From the human T2T-CHM13v2.0 reference genome, Homo sapiens: a stretch of DNA of 64,000 bases. Both the position numbers and the translations under genes were made by a program. The first letter of the stretch is position 1; each line of letters starts with the position of its first letter. This document shows, in pieces, positions 57,140 to 64,000 of this stretch. The notes under the pieces are model-generated. The model did not search any database. It saw only the letters and a program-made list of their open reading frames with translations, and had not been told where the DNA came from. The stretch lies in NCBI RefSeq assembly GCF_009914755.1, contig NC_060935.1. One strand, written 5' to 3'.

Positions 57140-59389
57140 GATAATTTTAGATCTGATAGAGATATGGGGAAAATAAACTAAGGAAGTGGAAATGGAAATG
57201 CAACTGTGTGTAGATGTGCTCATCGTAACTGGGAGATGGGACGTGATACCCTGCATCAACTCCTTCTACCCTCATAGCACCATTTGCTACCAGCAGACCT
57301 GAAAGATAAACAAGGGATTAGAAACACAGTTAGCTTCCAGGAAGCACATGTAAGTGTCTCAGTAAGTGATACTATTTCTAGGTGCAAGGAAGATTTGGCT
57401 TTAGATTAAGTTGTCTTTGGTGACTAATCACATTTCTGGTCATGAAACCAAATGTATGTATATGAGCCACTCCTGATTCTAACCCATGCCCACTTTTAGT
57501 GTGAACTTTATGGATCTATTTTTACTTACCTATTTTGCAGGATTTATTTTCCTCAAGTACCAGAGATTTTTCTAAGCCGCATGGAATGTCTTAATTACAT
57601 TAGGCTCTCAGATAATGGAACAAAAGCAGAACATCTCATCAACATCTTCAGAGCCTCCTAAGTGACAGTCAGTCAGCAGCTGGCTCTGAGTGGCTTCCAG
57701 ATGCCCCTGAGTGCCCTCAAGGCTCCAGCTGTGTGACAGATGGGACCCCCCTCACCATTTTCTCACCACAGCAATCTCCCCTCCAGCTCTGTGCACTGCA
57801 ACTATACCAAACATCTGAACTGATTTCTCTCTCCTGAATTTTATTAACCCTATCACCTTAGATTCTCTCAGGGAACCCTTTTCTAAAGAGAATTTTTATT
57901 TTTTCATCTTTCATTATTCTCACAAAATTACTATCACAGTCCTAATCCCTTCATGGGAGTTGGCATGAGTGGAACCAGGAATGGCAGTCCTGAATATTAG
58001 AAAATTATGTACATTTGTTAGGAAATTATGTACATTTCTGTCTTCATGAGTATGCCTCCTTTTCTGACAGCTTTCATACTCACTAAATACTAGTACAACA
58101 AATTCCAAGTTCCAGGCAACTATAGGAATGGGATTGTGTTCATTTTTCTTGAATTAAACTACTTTACTAAATCAGGTTTTAAGATTTATATACAGAAATG
58201 TGTGTGTATGTGTGTACACATATTGATTGATTACAGCTATATAATTTTATTACTTGGCCTTTCTTGTTGGAAATTTCCTAACTAGATAACAATAAGTTCA
58301 TTGGTGGCTTCTGATTAGTTAGCCTTAAGTTTCATTTACATATATATTATATATACGTATATAAGTGTATACACATACACACTCACATATATATATGCCC
58401 ATCCATACTTGTGTGTGTCCCTGTGTATATACATACACACAAGCATGGCCTTCTCGAGGCATTACTTTGTTTAATAAGCGATAAACGTTTAGTAAGCACA
58501 AAGCATTGTTCTTGGTCTTGTGGGGAAAAATGATTAAAAAGACACATTTCCTAACTTTCAGGTATTAACATAGAGAAATTAGGCATATTCACAACAGAAA
58601 ATAATATAAACTCATAATATTTTTAAAAACTAGATATAACAAAGAATCATTATTTATTTTACCAAAGGATTCTTCTCTTTACAGGTACAGCCAACTATAA
58701 TCTATTTTAGAGCAGAATTTTAAATGAAATTTTCGGATCAAAGTCACATGCATTTTCAATGACACAGCTATTGGATAAAGAGATGACCACATGTGTGGAG
58801 GGTTTGTTACAATATTATTTATTGAAATAAGATTTGAGTATATTACCAGTGAATTGATGGAACGCCAGATAATGCTTTTATTTCCTTATTCTGAGAGCTA
58901 TGAAATATATAAGGAGAACATTACAGTTCTCCTTTTGGAATTCAACTTACAAAATGGTTGAATCGTTTCCAGGCAATTTTATATTTTATTTAGTGAAATA
59001 AGAAACTGTGCATTGAAAGCATTTTAAAATCACCTGGGGAAACATTCATAGTGACTGTTTCTCCAAGAAAAGTTTCAAGTATCCTGGTTAGGCTGGGGAG
59101 GTTGAAACCTTGGGAAACAGCACTGAAGATGAAGAATCATTTTGGATGCAGTTCTGGCTTATTTCTGCCAGTTTTGTGAAAGTGTATATAACTTTGGTCT
59201 CTACTTTGGAGCATGGGGTGGCTTGCAGGGCTTGGAAAATGCATGAGGCTTGTGCCTCTGCTTGTATCCTTCAGAACAAGCAGACCAGGAAAGAGTCAGA
59301 GCAGCTGAGTTCCACTGTGGCTTGCTACATTACCCTCTGTTTTCTTATTTTTTTAACCTCTCCTTGGAAACTTTAAGAGTACAAACATC

Positions 59390-59751
59390 TGTTAAGTGAG
59401 CTTAACCTTTGCAAATATAAATGAAGCTTAACTTGGGCTATTTCTGGTAAATGCCTATATCAAAGAAAAAAATGAAACTTAATGCTAACTACTCAGAAAC
59501 CACCAACTAACTTAGAGATATCTAACTAAGAAATTTCCAATCGGATAGACCAAGTAAGACAACTGTACAGCTGTAACCAATCAAATACTTGCTTTGCTTT
59601 GCTTCCATGTCTAATCTATAATTTTTCCCCTTGTGTTCCCTCAGTGGAGGCCTTCAGCTACTTCTATTTGGTAACTGCCTAATTCATAAATCACTGTTCA
59701 TTCAAATAAACTCTTTAAAAATTTAATTGTGCCTCAGTTTACCTTTTAACC
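59390..59751 (+). mobile_element. Solo ERV1 (MER4-group-like) LTR
   Basis: TGTTAA...TTTTAAC termini, tgtaaccaatc CCAAT box, and tcaaataaactctttaaaa..tgtgcctcagtttaccttttaac end. Confidence 0.72.
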
Positions 59752-60014
59752 CATGAAAAGAAAAATAATAGTTGAAAAGACCACATGCTAAATCAAGTGA
59801 GGAAGAAATGTGAGCTATTTACCTTTGCATTGCCACCCACAGTACCTAATTTAATCTAGTAATTTCTCAATAAATGGAGGCAGCAAATAATTGAGAGAAA
59901 AGACAAACCGACTTCAGTTCACACCCCACCTCTGCCACTTCCTGCTGAGATGACAGTAGTAATGCTGGGCTCAAAAAGTTGAAAGAGTTAAGTGAGTCTC
60001 TCTGCCTCTCTCTT

Positions 60015-60020
60015 ACACAC

Positions 60021-60051
<31 letters not shown>

Positions 60052-60054
60052 CAC
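60015..60054. repeat. (CA)n
   Basis: Read directly from the sequence. Confidence 0.96.
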
Positions 60055-60137
60055 CCCCCAAGAGGAAGTATTAATATATAATAAGTACCAAATAAGGTAA
60101 GATAAAACATTAAAATTTTTCTTGACTGAGAACTTAC

Positions 60138-60278
60138 AGCTTAGCATGCTTTTCTGTTTTGCAAGAGATGCATCGCTGAATAGTTGATTGATTGACCCCA
60201 TAGATTCCGAGCCAAGTAAAAGTTCCTCCCACTGTGATAGTCCAAAAAGTGTGTCGCCTGAGAGGATCTACATCAAAG
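60138..60278 (-). CDS. SLC5A12: SMCT2 coding exon (probably exon 6)
   Basis: ctctgtctcatag|C ... CT|gtaagt. 141 nt, phase 2-2. (D)[46 protein letters not shown](L). Confidence 0.97.
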
Positions 60279-60399
60279 CTATGAGACAGAGAGAAATGAG
60301 TGAACAAAGATATTCCTTTGATGCCTAAGATATTATTTTAGGTGATAAGGTCATGTAGCTAAGTCTTTGTAAAGTATGAAAAAGTTGCATTGGACATAC

Positions 60400-60554
60400 T
60401 CAAATATATGTAGTCGAGATCCATTTGTTGATTGCTCTAATACATTGTGGAATCCCCCAGCATGAGTTGATCCTTGAATGAGAACCGTTAAGAAGCCCAC
60501 AATCATGACAACCATCTGAAATGCATCTGTCCACACCACTGCTTTTAATCCTCC
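60400..60554 (-). CDS. SLC5A12: SMCT2 coding exon (probably exon 5); earlier exons lie beyond the window end
   Basis: ctctctatttcag|GGA ... GA|gtatgt. 155 nt, phase 0-2. GGLKAVVWTDAFQMVVMIVGFLTVLIQGSTHAGGFHNVLEQSTNGSRLHIF, the SSS-family signature GG.KAVVWTD..Q. Confidence 0.97.
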
Positions 60555-60629
60555 CTGAAATAGAGAGAATGTTTGAGTCCTTGAAAACAAACCCTGTAAC
60601 TGTACTGGCTCTGCAAAGCCTCTCTGCTA

Positions 60630-61400
60630 ATGCATGCATGCATTCTTTTGTTTATTCAGCATCAGCCACTGAGGATCTTTTATGTGCCAAGTACCATGTT
60701 AAGCATGAGAACAAAATGGAAAGTGAAAGAGACATACCCCTTCCTTAACTTTATAAAGTTTATAATCTAATGGGAGAAGCAGATGTTAGACAACAAGATA
60801 GTGATTTACTTAAAAATGTGGAAAGTGCAATTAAGAAAGACAGGTTACTATAGGAGCATAAAACAGGGAGCCCTGACCTGGTCTTGAGGAAATGATGTTC
60901 AAGCTAATTTCTGAAGAATGAGTAGGAATTTACCAACTACAGAGGACAAACAGAAGCGGGAACCAGCATGTGTGAAGAAGCACAACTCCCTGAGGGAATA
61001 CAAGAAAGCTGGAAGATGTTGGTCAAAGGTGTGAAACACCCAAAGAGGAATTTGCTCTGTGGGTGAACTTGCTAGAGGCCTGACCACACAGACTTTGATA
61101 AGGACACTTAAATGTTTTCTCAAGAGCAATAAGGAAGCATTAGCAAGAGTTATATGATGAGAGATTTTGTTTCACAGCAGTTTCATTGGTGATTGTGTGG
61201 AGAATCAACTGCAGGAAAAGAAAAGGAGTTGAGAGACCATCTCATTTTATTTCAGCAGTCCATGCCCAATATGATTGACAGATAGAGGTAAGGTAGAGAT
61301 GAAAAGAAGTGGATGGACTGTTTTGGAGGTAAAATCAACATAACTTAGGATTCATTGAATACAGGTGGTAAAGAAGTAAGGGAATGAAAACTAACAAATA
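60630..61400 (-). mobile_element. L2 fragment
   Basis: cattcttttgtttattcagc..tatgtgccaagtaccatgttaagc..ttataatctaatgggaga..gatgaaaagaagtggatgga. Confidence 0.75.
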
Positions 61401-61645
61401 GGATCTGGCTTGCACAACTAGAAACACTCTTTGCAAAATTAGTGACAGGGAATATATTTTGGGAAACTGAGATGGTAGAATATCAAACAAAGAACTAGGA
61501 AGGAATAGTATATTCCAGACATTCATAGAGGAATGAGTTTGAAGAGCTACAGAATGGTCAAATGGTGAGGTAAGTGGAACAGAGTTCCAGGAGGATGAAT
61601 CTAATAGTAAAATTTAGGATACAATGATTAGGCAAGAGGTTAGAG

Positions 61646-61839
61646 CAGTGGTTATGAAACCCAGCTCCCCTTTAGAGTCACTTGAGGAATGTAAAAGGAA
61701 AAATAAATAATTAAATAACATTTAAGCCCTATCCCCAAGGGTTGTGAATTAATTAAGGTCTGGATTGGGGCCTGGTCCTCAGCATCTTTTGAAAGCTCCC
61801 CAGTTGACTCTAGTGTAGAATTACAGTTGGGAACATTTG
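61646..61839. mobile_element. MER5A-like hAT MITE
   Basis: cagtggttatgaaac..agagtcacttgagg..ggtctggattggggcctgg..aaagctccccagttgactcta..gttgggaacatttg. Confidence 0.8.
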
Positions 61840-62529
61840 GGCAAGAAGAAGGAAGGAAAAAGAGAGGCTGTTGTAGTATTACAGGTATAGAAGCCCTTAG
61901 GATGATGATCTATGTGGGATGAGCAAGTGGGGAAAGATGAAATGAAGTGATATATCAATAAGTGCTTGGGAAATGAATGAGCCCTATGAAAATGAAATGA
62001 CGTGGTATTTTTAACATTGAAAAACAGAATTATCATCTCTGGTTACTCCTCCAGAGTGTCAAGAACTTTAGTGAAAAGATGACAGGCTTCATCTTCATCT
62101 TGAGATGAAAGAAGACATTGGGGTTGCCCCATCACTTCTTTTGTAATTAAAATTGAAATTCAATTTTAAAAATAGACATTAAAATACCTGCCAAAGGCAC
62201 TGTATTTATATATTTTGTTCACACATGGTTTGAGGTATAATAAATTTCTTACCTGTTACCTCCTAGGTAGCACTAGCTTAATTTTCTTAAATCCATTAAG
62301 CCTTCAAAACCCAAATCTCAATGTAAGATTTTAGTGCTATGAAGACAAAATGTCAAAGGCCTCTGTTTTCAGAGGATACTTGGCATTGGTTGTGCAGAAA
62401 TCTGCATAAACTTGGCATAAGGCAAGAGAACAAACCACTTTATCAGATATTAATCAAAAGGCAGATTATAGCCACCATGAAGACCTGTCTGACTCCTTCA
62501 TACAGCGAGTCCTCACCTCTTTTCTCTGT

Positions 62530-62532
<3 letters not shown>

Positions 62533-62582
<50 letters not shown>
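62533..62582. repeat. (AC)25 microsatellite
   Basis: Read directly from the sequence. Confidence 0.98.
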
Positions 62583-62584
<2 letters not shown>

Positions 62585-63049
62585 ACCTTCTTTAATACTG
62601 AGGGTACCTTGTGTGTCACCCACATATTTAATCAAACTGCCTTGTTTGGGGTCTAATGTTTGCCCTACTAAACTACGGAACCCTGGATGGCAACAAACAC
62701 TTTCTCTTTTCTCTTTCACTGGTTATTTTAAATATTTTATACATCCACAGGCTTAGCAGAGTAAAGAGACGGCAATATGAGCAAAGGTGAAGCCTCTAAT
62801 TTGACGAGAGAGAAGAACAGAGGTGTGGTACAGAGATTATATGGGTAGATTGGATTCATAGAATGAAAGATTTTTAACACCAGGCTAAGGAGCTTATAAT
62901 TTATCTTGTGAACAATAGGAAGTAACAAGAGAATTAGATCAGTAAAGTTGCATGAAGAAATGAATATTTTAAGAAGATTAATCTGACAGAGGTATGCAGG
63001 GTGTGGGAGCAAGAAGAGGCTGGAAGCACAAAACCAGTTAGAAGGTAGT

Positions 63050-64000
63050 TTATTTTAGTTTATTGTGATTATAAAAATATCTGGATGTTTCTGATGTCAT
63101 GTTTTTTGGTTTCTATTTGTCCTACTTTTGCTATGCTTGTTTTTCTCTTTTCTTCTTTTGCTTTGATGAATTGAGGGTTGCTTTTTCAAACTCCATTTTT
63201 CTTAACTTTGACTATTTTATTTAAATGGGTCCCCTTGAAATTTTGCCATGCATTTTAAATGTAGAGTAAATATTTAAGCAATGCCATAATCCTCAGAAAT
63301 TCAAGGATGATAAAACATTTAAGTCTGAGTACTCTCTTCCTGATTTACATTCTATTTTTATACAGTTTGGGGGTAATTCTTTTTTCTAAATTTCAAAATG
63401 GCATATAATTATAATTATAATTATTGATATATTTTGTATTTTAAATTGTACAATAATATAAAACATTTAATAATATATAAATTATAAAATAATGATTATC
63501 ATTTCATACCAAAAATAGTTTAACTAGACTCATTAAATGTTTACTATTTTATTTTCTTATCAATTTTTCTGTTTAAAACTGTCATATTTTAATGTTTTCC
63601 CTTTTTCCCACAGTATCTCCTCTAGATTTTTCTTTAGGGAAGATCTGTAAGTGCTAAATTCTCTTTGGTTCTTGACATTCAACTCCTGAAAGATAGTTTT
63701 GTCAAAAACACAATTATGACTGGGTCTGGAATACTTTTTCCTCAATGCTTTGAATGTGTTATCCCACTGTTTCTGGTTTCCATTGTTGTTGCTAAGTGTC
63801 CCTCTTTAAGTATCTCTTTCTCCTTCCTCTGGCTCTTTTTCAGGTCCTCCATTTGTATTTGCTGTTCTACAGTTTCACTAATGTATCCAGGTATAAACGT
63901 ATTCTTTTTCTTTCTGCTTTAAGGTTACACTTTCTAAATCTATATATACTTATATTTTATCATATCTGAAAAATTAGAATCCATAATTTTTTGAAACACT
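63050..64000 (-). mobile_element. Degraded antisense L1M remnant
   Basis: T-rich; tttttctttagggaagatctg..ctaaattctct..tcccactgtttctggtttccattgttg..ttctacagtttcactaatgtatccagg. Confidence 0.55.

Noticed and set aside
57510-57545. Overlapping minus-strand donor TAG|GTAAGT and plus-strand acceptor tattttgcag|G
   Set aside because: No convincing partner site found for either; isolated consensus sites are common in long introns.
61272-61281. Exact PBX-MEIS/PREP decamer TGATTGACAG
   Set aside because: A single hit inside an L2 remnant with no supporting cluster.

Overview
Primate (very likely human) genomic DNA that is AT-rich, CpG-depleted and dense in Alu, L1, L2, MIR and MER repeats. It contains the 3' ends of two convergent genes. 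On the + strand are the last four coding exons and long 3' UTR of ANO3 (anoctamin-3/TMEM16C; stop at 16998-17000, likely distal AATAAA at 19821). On the - strand are eleven coding exons of SLC5A12 (SMCT2 Na+/monocarboxylate cotransporter; probably exons 5-15; 1332 nt including the stop; C-terminus ...AFETTHF*). All introns are GT-AG and all reading phases join up. There is no prokaryote-type system, CRISPR array or credible new protein-coding gene; most ORF-track entries are Alu, L1 or simple-repeat artefacts. The most interesting unexplained structures are: (1) an 85-bp, 94%-identical intronic copy of the interior of SLC5A12 exon 12, lying between a cryptic acceptor and an AATAAA; (2) a perfect AAG|GTAAGT donor fused to a ~50-nt UG repeat, resembling a TDP-43-repressed cryptic exon; (3) a 38/39-bp non-TE direct repeat flanking exon 10; (4) a palindromic CTCF-like site in an ANO3 intron; (5) a PBX/MEIS motif cluster between the two 3' ends. 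Exon numbers and repeat subfamily names come from recognition, not from a database search.
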